Part shown: in pieces, positions 38,279 to 46,733 of the stretch
How the letters are laid out: every line of letters starts with the position of its first letter
Numbering within the stretch: the stretch's first letter is position 1
NCBI GenBank assembly: GCA_040752415.1
Contig: JBFMGU010000001.1
Location: forward strand, 1-64,000
DNA: 64,000 bases
Direction of reading: 5' to 3'
From: Myxococcota bacterium
GTDB taxonomy: Bacteria > Myxococcota > JACRCW01
The notes under the pieces: model-generated
What the model saw: the letters and a program-made list of their open reading frames with translations, nothing else
Told to the model about the DNA's origin: nothing
The model's database searches: none
Position numbers and translations under genes: made by a program

Positions 38279-39379
38279 GTGTCACCCACGCGCCATGAGA
38301 ACGATCGGCTCGAGGCCAGGTCGCAGGAGCTGCTGCGACTCATCTGTATCAACGCGGAAACAACCATCCGCACGGCGTTGAAGGCCATTGATGATGGCAG
38401 CGCGTCCTTGGCGTTGGTGATCGACGAGCGACGTCATCTGCTCGGGACGGTTACCGACGGCGACGTGCGTCGCGCAATCCTCCGTGGGCTCAGCCTGGAA
38501 GGTCCCATTCACCCCGTGATGAATCGCACTCCCACCGTGGCCCGGCCCGGTGAGAGCCCGGAGCGAATGCTCCAGATCATGCTCTCCCACCGCCTGCGGC
38601 AAATCCCGTTGGTGGATGCGGATGGCGTTCTCGTCGGTGTGCGGTTGCTGGATGACCTGGTCAGCCCGGAAGGTCGCGAGAACTGGGCCGTGGTCATGGC
38701 CGGTGGCCTTGGAGAGAGGCTGCGACCGTACACGCAGGCGGTTCCCAAGCCCATGCTGATGGTTGGAAACCAGCCAATCCTGGAACGCGCCCTCCGGCAA
38801 CTGAAGCTTCATGGTTTTGAGCGTGTTTTCGTCAGCGTGAATTTCCTGGGCGAAAAGATCGAGGGCTATTTCCAGGACGGCGGGGCGTTCGGGCTGCGTC
38901 TCTCGTACTTGCGCGAGAACACGCGGCTGGGGACGGCGGGCGCGCTGTCATTGCTGCCGGAGAGGCCGCGTCAACCCATGGTGGTGATGAATGCAGACCT
39001 GCTCACGGAGGTCAGCTTCTCGTCGCTGCTGGATTTCCATGCGGACGAAGGCGCGGCGATGACCGTCTGCGTTTCCACCTATGAGCTCCAGGTTCCCTAT
39101 GGGGTGGTGAACGTCGACGGTGCGAGGGTCAGCGCCATCCAGGAGAAGCCCAAGCACACATGGTTCATCAACGCGGGCATCTACGTGCTGAACCCGGAAT
39201 GCCTGGACCTGATTCCACGCGGGCAGCCTTATGACATGCCCACCCTCATCGACCGCCTCATCAAGGACGGCGGCAAGGTGGCGAGCTTCCCCATCCGTGA
39301 GAGCTGGTTGGATATCGGTCAACTCCACGACTACCAGCACGCGGTGCTGCGCGCGGTGCACGGGGACAAGGAACCATGA
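38279..39379 (+). CDS. CBS-domain nucleotidyltransferase (PtmE/LegX-like)
   Basis: GAGGAG RBS before GTG; CBS pair (GTVTDGDVRRAIL), MAGGLGERLRPYT, PKPM, LGTAGALSL, WLDIG. Confidence 0.9.
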   Translation: MSPTRHENDRLEARSQELLRLICINAETTIRTALKAIDDGSASLALVIDERRHLLGTVTDGDVRRAILRGLSLEGPIHPVMNRTPTVARPGESPERMLQIMLSHRLRQIPLVDADGVLVGVRLLDDLVSPEGRENWAVVMAGGLGERLRPYTQAVPKPMLMVGNQPILERALRQLKLHGFERVFVSVNFLGEKIEGYFQDGGAFGLRLSYLRENTRLGTAGALSLLPERPRQPMVVMNADLLTEVSFSSLLDFHADEGAAMTVCVSTYELQVPYGVVNVDGARVSAIQEKPKHTWFINAGIYVLNPECLDLIPRGQPYDMPTLIDRLIKDGGKVASFPIRESWLDIGQLHDYQHAVLRAVHGDKEP

Positions 39380-40383
39380 CCATGGACAAGCATGAGGCGT
39401 GGCGCGGCAAGCGGGTTCTTGTCACCGGCGCGGGTGGGTTCATCGGCAGTCACCTCGTCGAGGCGCTGGTGGCGTCCGGCGCGAGCGTGACGGCCTTGGT
39501 CCGCTACAACGGTCGCGGCGACGTGGGAATGCTCGCCGAGATTCCCAAGGAATCGCGGGGCGCGGTCCGAACCGTGCTGGGTGATGTGCGGGATCCGTTC
39601 CAGGTTCGCACGCTGGTGACGGGCCAGGACGCGGTGTTCCACCTGGCAGCGTTGATCGGCATTCCGTTCAGTTACGAGGCGCCGCAGACCTACGTCGAGG
39701 TCAACGTGCAGGGCACGCTCAATGTCCTGGAGGCCGCGCGGGTTGCTGGCGGTGTGCGCGTCATCCACACGTCGACGAGCGAGGTCTACGGCACGGCGCA
39801 GTTCACGCCCATCACCGAGGAGCATCCGCTCCAGGGGCAGAGTCCCTACAGCGCTTCCAAGATTGGCGCGGATGCCATGGCGGATGCGTACGGTCGCAGC
39901 TTCGGGGTGCCGGTGGTGACCGTGCGCCCCTTCAACACGTTTGGCCCACGACAGAGCACCCGGGCCGTGTTGCCAACCATCATCACGCAGGCGTTGCGTG
40001 GTGACGTCGTCAGATTGGGCAGCACGTCGCCGGTGCGGGACATGACGTACGTCTCTGACACCGTCCGCGGCTTCCTCATGTGCGGCGCTTCCGACGCATG
40101 CGTCGGGAAGGTGACCAACCTGGGTGTGGGCAGCGGGCGCACCGTCGGGGAGATGGTGGAGACGGTGGGGGCGGTGCTCGGGAAGCGGCTGAAGGTGGAG
40201 CTGGGGGAGGAACGCGTGCGACCCGAGAAGAGCGAGGTCTTGAAGCTCATCAGCGACAACTCCCGCGCTCGTGAGCGGGCCGGATGGTCGCCGCTGGTTT
40301 CGTTCGAGGACGGTGTTCGCCGCCTGGTGGAGGACATCCGCACGCACCCGCACCGTCACACCGTGGAGGGCTATCATGTCTAA
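39376..40383 (+). CDS. legB: NDP-N-acetylglucosamine 4,6-dehydratase, LegB-like
   Basis: VTGAGGFIGSHL, LVRYN, HLAALIGIPFSY, TSTSEVYGTAQ, SPYSASK, RPFNTFGPRQS, RPEKSEV. Confidence 0.85.
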   Translation: MTMDKHEAWRGKRVLVTGAGGFIGSHLVEALVASGASVTALVRYNGRGDVGMLAEIPKESRGAVRTVLGDVRDPFQVRTLVTGQDAVFHLAALIGIPFSYEAPQTYVEVNVQGTLNVLEAARVAGGVRVIHTSTSEVYGTAQFTPITEEHPLQGQSPYSASKIGADAMADAYGRSFGVPVVTVRPFNTFGPRQSTRAVLPTIITQALRGDVVRLGSTSPVRDMTYVSDTVRGFLMCGASDACVGKVTNLGVGSGRTVGEMVETVGAVLGKRLKVELGEERVRPEKSEVLKLISDNSRARERAGWSPLVSFEDGVRRLVEDIRTHPHRHTVEGYHV

Positions 40384-41521
40384 GCGTGGCCGAACGTCGG
40401 AGCGGATTCCCCTCTCGGTGCCCACGTTGGAGGCGTCGGCCTGGAGCTACGTGAAGGATTGCCTGGACACGGGCTGGGTTTCCTCCGCGGGGAAGTACGT
40501 CACGCGTTTTGAGGAGTCCGTGGCGGAGTACACGGGCGCTTCCCATGCCGTGGCGGTCTGCAGCGGCACTGCGGCGTTGCACCTGGCGTATCTCGTGGCG
40601 GGGGTGTCGCCGGGTGACACGGTCCTGGTTCCCACGCTCACCTTCATTGCCACGGTGAATCCGGTGACCTACCTGGGCGCCAAGCCGTTCTTCGTCGACG
40701 TCGACGCCCGCACCTGGAACGTGAGCGCGGAGACCCTGGCGGCGGCGCTGCAGCAGGCGCGAAAGGCGGGGTTGCGTCCTCGTCACGCGGTGGTCACGCA
40801 CCTCTACGGTGTGCCTGCGGACATGGCACCGATCATGGAGTTGTGTGAGCGCGAGGGCCTCACGCTCATTGAGGATGCGGCGGAGAGCCTGGGCAGCTTC
40901 TACCGCGGCGCGCACACCGGCACGTTCGGTCGGGTGGCGGCGTTGTCCTTCAATGGCAACAAGATCATCACCACCGGGGGCGGCGGCATGATCCTCACCG
41001 GCGACGCAGTGTTGGCGAAGCGCGCGCGTCACCTCTCCACCCAGGCGCGTCCCAACGCCGAGGTCTACGCCCACGACGACGTCGGCTTCAATTACCGGTT
41101 GACGAATCTCCAGGCCGCGCTGGGGGTTTCCCAGATGGAAAGCCTGCCTCGCTTCCGGGATCGACGTCGGGAGATCCAGAAGCATTACCTGGAGGCCTTC
41201 GCGAGGGAGAACTGGTTGGTACCGCAAGCGCAGCCCCAGGGCGTGGAGAGCAATGGCTGGCTGTTCGGTGTTTCCATCAACAGCGCGTCGCTGACGCGGG
41301 ACCAGGCGCTTGCTGCCCTGGCGGAAGTCAACATCGAGGCGCGACCCGTTTTCCAGCCCATCCATGAGCAGCCGATGTACCGCGGGACCGAAGCGCGGTG
41401 CCCCGTCGCGGAGAGCGTGTCTCGTGTGGCGCTGAACCTGCCCAATTCGCCAGGGATCTCCGAGACGGCAGTCTCCGACGTCATGCTGACGCTGGGCAAA
41501 GTGCCGGCTTCCGCGGTCTGA
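40376..41521 (+). CDS. legC: LegC-family aminotransferase
   Basis: IPLSVP, CLDTGWVSSAG, SGTAALHLA, EDAAESLGS, SFNGNKIITTGGGGM. Confidence 0.88.
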   Translation: MSKRGRTSERIPLSVPTLEASAWSYVKDCLDTGWVSSAGKYVTRFEESVAEYTGASHAVAVCSGTAALHLAYLVAGVSPGDTVLVPTLTFIATVNPVTYLGAKPFFVDVDARTWNVSAETLAAALQQARKAGLRPRHAVVTHLYGVPADMAPIMELCEREGLTLIEDAAESLGSFYRGAHTGTFGRVAALSFNGNKIITTGGGGMILTGDAVLAKRARHLSTQARPNAEVYAHDDVGFNYRLTNLQAALGVSQMESLPRFRDRRREIQKHYLEAFARENWLVPQAQPQGVESNGWLFGVSINSASLTRDQALAALAEVNIEARPVFQPIHEQPMYRGTEARCPVAESVSRVALNLPNSPGISETAVSDVMLTLGKVPASAV

Positions 41522-41545
41522 GTCCGCCCCATCCTTCGAAGAGAA

Positions 41546-43018
41546 ATGCTCTTCAATTCCCTGGAATTCCTGCTGTTCTTTCCGCTGGTGACGGCATTGT
41601 TCTTCGTCGTCCCGGCGCGCGCAGTGTGGCTTCTGCTGTTGGTGGCGAGCTGCGCGTTCTACATGGCCTTCATCCCGGTCTACGTCCTGATCCTCCTGTT
41701 CACGATCTTGGTGGACTACACCGCGGGCCTTCTCATTGAGCGCAGCACGGGTCCACGACGGAAGACGTGGCTGGTGGCCAGCATCGTTACGAATGTGGGG
41801 GTGCTCGCGGTCTTCAAGTATTACAACTTCTTCGTGCATTCGTTGGAGGACGCAGCTCATGGGCTGGGCATGTCCGCAACACTGCCTGCACTCACCTGGA
41901 TCCTGCCCATCGGGCTCTCGTTTCATACGTTTCAGGCCATGAGCTACACGCTCGAGGTGTACCGCGGAAATCAGAAGGCGGAACATCACCTGGGTATCTA
42001 CGCGCTCTACGTCATGTTCTACCCGCAGCTGGTGGCCGGACCGATTGAGCGACCACAGAACCTGCTTCCGCAGTTCCGCGCCTTTCAGCTCTCGCCGCGG
42101 TGGAACGACGCCAACGTGGTGTATGGGCTGCGGTTGATGTTGTGGGGGCTCTTCAAGAAATGCGTGGTTGCGGATCGTCTCTCGCCGGTGGTGGACCGCG
42201 TCTACGGGCAGCCGGAGGCCTTTGGCTCCGTCGCCCACGCGCTTGCCACGGTCTTCTTCGCATTCCAGATCTACGCTGATTTCTCGGGGTACTCGGACAT
42301 TGCGCTCGGCGCCGCGCGGGTCATGAACATCAAGTTGATGACAAACTTCCGCCAACCCTATCTGGCGGTAAGCGTCTCGGACTTCTGGCGTCGGTGGCAC
42401 GTCTCCCTTTCCACATGGTTCAAGGACTATGTCTATGTTCCACTGGGTGGAAGCCGCCATGGCATGGCCAGGACCAACCTCAACCTGCTGCTGACGTTCA
42501 TGGTGAGCGGACTCTGGCACGGAGCCAACTGGACCTTTGTGGTGTGGGGGGCGCTCAACGGCATGCTCCTGGTCCTTGAGAACGGCCTTCGACGGGCGGC
42601 GTCGCGATGGAGTGCCCTGACGTGGCTGGTGGCCGAATCCGGGGTCTGGGCGCAGGTGGCGAGGGTTCGGACCTTTGCATTGGTGTGTTGCACCTGGGTG
42701 TTCTTCCGCGCGGAGACCGTCCAGGATGGTTTCTTCATTCTGGGCAGCGTGGTCGCTCACGCACCGGATTTGTTCAGTGTCCACGCGATTCGCGAGGCCC
42801 TCGTGTCGGTGCAGATGTCCCGTCACGACGTAGCGCTGATCTTCGCGCTCGTTGGCTGCACCATGCTCTATGACATCATCGCGGAGCGCTCCGACCCCGT
42901 GATGTCCGTGGAAGGGCTGCCGCGCTGGGCCCGCTGGTGCGCCTATTACGCCGTGGCTGGGGCGGTGACGTTCCTGGGCGTGTTCGGCGGGCAGCAGTTC
43001 ATCTACTTCCAGTTCTGA
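41546..43018 (+). CDS. MBOAT O-acyltransferase (AlgI/DltB/PatA-like)
   Basis: MLFNSLEF, LPIGLSFHTFQ, PQLVAGPIER, DFSGYSDIA, FWRRWHVSLS, SGLWHGA, FIYFQF. Confidence 0.95.
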   Translation: MLFNSLEFLLFFPLVTALFFVVPARAVWLLLLVASCAFYMAFIPVYVLILLFTILVDYTAGLLIERSTGPRRKTWLVASIVTNVGVLAVFKYYNFFVHSLEDAAHGLGMSATLPALTWILPIGLSFHTFQAMSYTLEVYRGNQKAEHHLGIYALYVMFYPQLVAGPIERPQNLLPQFRAFQLSPRWNDANVVYGLRLMLWGLFKKCVVADRLSPVVDRVYGQPEAFGSVAHALATVFFAFQIYADFSGYSDIALGAARVMNIKLMTNFRQPYLAVSVSDFWRRWHVSLSTWFKDYVYVPLGGSRHGMARTNLNLLLTFMVSGLWHGANWTFVVWGALNGMLLVLENGLRRAASRWSALTWLVAESGVWAQVARVRTFALVCCTWVFFRAETVQDGFFILGSVVAHAPDLFSVHAIREALVSVQMSRHDVALIFALVGCTMLYDIIAERSDPVMSVEGLPRWARWCAYYAVAGAVTFLGVFGGQQFIYFQF

Positions 43019-43034
43019 GGCGTGCGTTCGCGCC

Positions 43035-44180
43035 ATGCCAAGATTGGTCCTCCGGCTCCTTGTCTTCCTGGCACCATTTCTCGTGGTGTTCGGAGTGCCA
43101 CTGTTCGTCATGGCTCTGGCGGGAGAGTTCACGACGGTGGACCGGGTGGTGATGCGGCAGGCGGCCGGTGGCAAGGACGTCCTGTATGGGCCAGCGTTCA
43201 GCAATCCGGCGTTGAGCTACAAGTTGAAGGCTGTGCTCGCTCACAGGGCCAGCGTGCTCGCGCTTGGCAGCTCTCGCGTGATGCAGTTGCGCCGCCACTT
43301 CTTCATTCCTGGGACCAGCTTCTACAACGGTGGCGGTGTGATCTCGCGACTGGTGCATTTCCGGTACGTGCTTGGACAGATCCCTGCGGAGGCCCGTCCG
43401 ACAACGCTTCTCCTGGGGCTGGACCAGTGGTTCTTCAACGCCAAGCGGGAAACGTTCACGAAGGAGGGGCTCAGCGCGGAATTCAACGACGTCGACAACC
43501 CGCTCAACATCACCCAGCGGAACCACGCAGCGGTTCTCGAAGGCCTGTGGAACGGCCGCATTTCCGCCGGGAAGGTGCTCTCCCACGTTGAGGCCGGTGA
43601 CATCGGCATTACCGCGATCATGGCCTCCCAGGGGTTTCGCCCCGACGGCAGCTACCGTTACGGACGCACCCTTGCGAATCCGGATGACCCAGAGGGACAC
43701 GACCCCGGCTTCCGCGACACCCTGCAGCGAATCCGAGAAGGAAACCGCCGGTTCGAGTGGGCGGACGACCTGGCGCCGGAGGCCATGGCGGAGCTCGCCG
43801 CGTTGTTGAAAGAGTGTCGTCGGGACGGGATTCGGGTGGTGGCGTATCTTCCGCCATTCGCGCCCTCAGTGCTGGCGCGGATGAGGGAGAGTGGACACTA
43901 CGCCTACGTCCAGAAGATCGCGCTGGCGGTGCGACCGCTGTTCGATGGCGAGCAGTCGCGCTTCTATGACTTCACGGATGTGTCCTCGCTGGGGGCGGAT
44001 GACCGGGAGTTCATTGATGGTTTTCACGGATCCGAGAAGACCGACGCCCGCCTGCTCGTGGCGATGGCCGCGGATGGAGCGCTCCCGGGAGTGGTCGACG
44101 CCAGGTTGCTGACGCAATGGCTCACCAGCAGTTCGAGTCGATTCGAATTGGGCCCGGCGCCCACCGCATCATTGCATTGA
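43035..44180 (+). CDS. SGNH-like periplasmic acyltransferase partner (AlgJ/DltD-like)
   Basis: N-terminal TM anchor, ALGSSRVMQ, FIDGFH (DxxH); immediately downstream of the MBOAT gene. Confidence 0.65.
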   Translation: MPRLVLRLLVFLAPFLVVFGVPLFVMALAGEFTTVDRVVMRQAAGGKDVLYGPAFSNPALSYKLKAVLAHRASVLALGSSRVMQLRRHFFIPGTSFYNGGGVISRLVHFRYVLGQIPAEARPTTLLLGLDQWFFNAKRETFTKEGLSAEFNDVDNPLNITQRNHAAVLEGLWNGRISAGKVLSHVEAGDIGITAIMASQGFRPDGSYRYGRTLANPDDPEGHDPGFRDTLQRIREGNRRFEWADDLAPEAMAELAALLKECRRDGIRVVAYLPPFAPSVLARMRESGHYAYVQKIALAVRPLFDGEQSRFYDFTDVSSLGADDREFIDGFHGSEKTDARLLVAMAADGALPGVVDARLLTQWLTSSSSRFELGPAPTASLH

Positions 44181-44200
44181 CACCGGAACTGCGGACTTTC

Positions 44201-45721
44201 GTGACTTCTCAACTTCCAACGTCGTGGCCGGATCGGGGTGCGCTGGTCAAGGTTGTTGCCACGGCCCTGTCCGTGCTGACCGCCGCCATGGTGGTGTTGG
44301 ACACGCTGACCACGTTTGTCGGGTTTCCATACAGCTACTTCACCGCGCCCGTGCGGCGGTGGATGCAGGGTGGCGCGCTCTATACGGACCTGCTCGCCTA
44401 CCCATTCAATTCCGTTGCCTATGGCTGGCTGGACTACGCCCTGCTCCGGGTACTGTGGCATGCCTTTGGGGATGACGCCGCCAATCGCCTTCTGCATGCG
44501 GTTGCGTCGGCAGCGTGGCTCTCGGTGCTCGTCGTTGTGGCGTGGGCAACCACGAAGAGTTGGAAGCTTGCCGTGGCTGCATTCTGTTGCATGGCGGTCT
44601 TCACCATCCGTAGCGGCACCGCGGATCAGCTCGGCAGCGTCCTAGAAATGGCGGCGGTGGGCCTCTGGCTGGTGAGACCCGGCCTCGACGGCGCAATCCT
44701 TGGCGGAGCCATCGGGGGGCTCGCGACGCTGGGCAAGCAGAGCTATGTGGCCGCGGTGGCGGGACTCCTGCTCGCGTCCCTCCTCTTGCGTGAATATCGC
44801 CGCGGCCTGGTCACGGTTTTCACTGGCGCCGCCGTGAATCTCGCCGTCACGGGAATCCTGGAGGTGTGGTCCGGGGGGGCGTACCTCGCCACGCTTCGTC
44901 ACATTGCCGTCGACGACGGTCATAGCGTCTGGGCCACGTATGGTTCCGCCAGGCCATTCCTGCAGCAGGCCGCGGCGTTGCTTCCTGCCGTGCCACTCGT
45001 GCTGAAGCATGGGTGGGACCGGTCGCGCGTGACCTTTGCCTGTTGCTTTGCCGCCTGTTTCCTCATGGCGGCAATTGGAACCAGCAAGAGCGGAGCCAGC
45101 CCCACCTATTTCACGTCGGCCGCGGGAATGGCGGTACTGCTCGCCGTCAATTTCCTGCGTGATTGCTCAGAACGCGAGCTGGGCGTCTTTGCCCTGGTCA
45201 TCCTGGTTGCGGTTGTGGCCATCCGGTTGCCAACGCGCGAGACGTTGTCCGCGTGGAAGCACGCTGCGCTGCTGGAGGTCTCACCCCGGGCGGCGCAGCT
45301 TCGGGCGGTGTTGGCCAAGTATGAGGACGGTCCGCTTCTGTCAGAGGACCACGAGTTCTCTTTCGCGAGTCCGCGAGAGGTGATTGCGCATGACCCGCAC
45401 TCCGTTCGCAGGGCCGTGGAAGTGGGCCGGTTTGACGGCGTGCCTCTGCTGGAGCTGGTCGAGAAGCAGATTCCGGCGGTGGTGATCCTTCACGCCCGTC
45501 CCTTCCCGGAGATGTTGAGCCTCCTGTTCCACGTCGACCTGGATGACTTCTCCCGGAAGTTCCATTGCGCTGTGTGGCGCAACTATGTCGTCGTGGAACA
45601 GTTCGAGGGCAACCTGATCATGAAACGCCGCGCGGTGAGGGAACAGTCCGCGTGTGACGCTGCACAGCTCCCCTGGTGGTCGGCGTCCCCCCAGGCCAAC
45701 GCCGCCCCCGCTCAACCATGA
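44201..45721 (+). CDS. Polytopic membrane protein, GT-C-like (GT39/GT83-like)
   Basis: About 10-11 hydrophobic segments plus a soluble C-terminal domain; ADQL and KQSY loop motifs. Start uncertain (44117/44201). Confidence 0.5.
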   Translation: MTSQLPTSWPDRGALVKVVATALSVLTAAMVVLDTLTTFVGFPYSYFTAPVRRWMQGGALYTDLLAYPFNSVAYGWLDYALLRVLWHAFGDDAANRLLHAVASAAWLSVLVVVAWATTKSWKLAVAAFCCMAVFTIRSGTADQLGSVLEMAAVGLWLVRPGLDGAILGGAIGGLATLGKQSYVAAVAGLLLASLLLREYRRGLVTVFTGAAVNLAVTGILEVWSGGAYLATLRHIAVDDGHSVWATYGSARPFLQQAAALLPAVPLVLKHGWDRSRVTFACCFAACFLMAAIGTSKSGASPTYFTSAAGMAVLLAVNFLRDCSERELGVFALVILVAVVAIRLPTRETLSAWKHAALLEVSPRAAQLRAVLAKYEDGPLLSEDHEFSFASPREVIAHDPHSVRRAVEVGRFDGVPLLELVEKQIPAVVILHARPFPEMLSLLFHVDLDDFSRKFHCAVWRNYVVVEQFEGNLIMKRRAVREQSACDAAQLPWWSASPQANAAPAQP

Positions 45722-45740
45722 GGCAGTTGGTCGAAAGCTC

Positions 45741-46607
45741 TCACACGCTGCTGGGACGGAGCATGTTGAGCGCCGTTTCCACGGCGTTGGCTCCGTGGCG
45801 GGCATAGAGCTTCCGGTAGAGCAGGTAGCGCAAGCGCGGGACGCGGAACCGGTTCAGTTTCTCCTGGTCCTGCCTCAGCCGCGCAGCGACGACGGCGACA
45901 TCCTCATAGACACCGCGCCAATGTGCGTCGGCGTACTGGCGGGTCAGCCGCATCACCTCCTGCTGGCGTCGGTCCCCGCCCGTGCCGGTCTTGTGGCTGG
46001 AATGCGCGCGATAGATGGATAGGTAGGCTCCGAGCCTGGTGAAGTCACAGATGCGTGACGCGCGGATGAACCAGTCCCAGTCGAAGATGAAGTGGTAGGA
46101 CTCATCAAGCGGCCCGGTCTGTTCCCAGAGGGCGCGGGTCCAGAACGTGCTGGGTTGGTCATAGTCGTCGGCGTACGTGAGTCTTTCTCGCTCAAACCGG
46201 TCCGGAAGCGCAGCGAAACCGTTCACTGCGCCTTCCGTGAAATGCAGGCACCCGCCGAACACCAGCGCCGGACGCTGCACGTCACCGATGGCGCGCATCA
46301 CCTTCGTCAGTGCGCACGGGAGGTACATGTCGTCGCTGTTGAGCCAGCACAAGACCTGGCCACGTGCGCGTTGGAACCCCAGGTTGATGGCGTTGGCCTG
46401 GCCGCCGTCCTTGGTGGATTGCCAGTAGGCGAGGTGCCGGTCATACCGACGGAGGACCTCAACGGTTTCATCCGTGCTGCCTCCATCCATCACGATCAAC
46501 TCCTTGTGGGGATAGTCCTGGCCAAGCACCGACGTGATGGCCTCTTCAATGAAGTGCCCCTGATTGTATGACGGCATCACGACGGAAATGAGCGGAACGT
46601 TGTTCAT
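45741..46607 (-). CDS. Glycosyltransferase family 2 (WcaE-like)
   Basis: ISVVMPSYNQG, MDGGSTD, GQANAINLG, WLNSDD, DWDW. Confidence 0.92.
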   Translation of the reverse strand: MNNVPLISVVMPSYNQGHFIEEAITSVLGQDYPHKELIVMDGGSTDETVEVLRRYDRHLAYWQSTKDGGQANAINLGFQRARGQVLCWLNSDDMYLPCALTKVMRAIGDVQRPALVFGGCLHFTEGAVNGFAALPDRFERERLTYADDYDQPSTFWTRALWEQTGPLDESYHFIFDWDWFIRASRICDFTRLGAYLSIYRAHSSHKTGTGGDRRQQEVMRLTRQYADAHWRGVYEDVAVVAARLRQDQEKLNRFRVPRLRYLLYRKLYARHGANAVETALNMLRPSSV

Positions 46608-46733
46608 GGGAGGACCTGGTCGCCACAACAGATGGTTTCAGCGCCGCACTCCTGCGCAACGCGGCCTTGTGATTCGTCGTCTACATGCATGCGTGTTGGG
46701 AGTCGAGCAGATTGCCGGCCCCATTGAGAAATC

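Noticed and set aside
40250..43204. 984-aa minus-strand ORF and other long antisense or alternate-frame ORFs (e.g. 48660-50603, 22342-24300, 13556-15391)
   Set aside because: They overlap well-supported genes, have Arg/His/Pro-rich shadow composition and show no motifs, which is expected in high-GC DNA.
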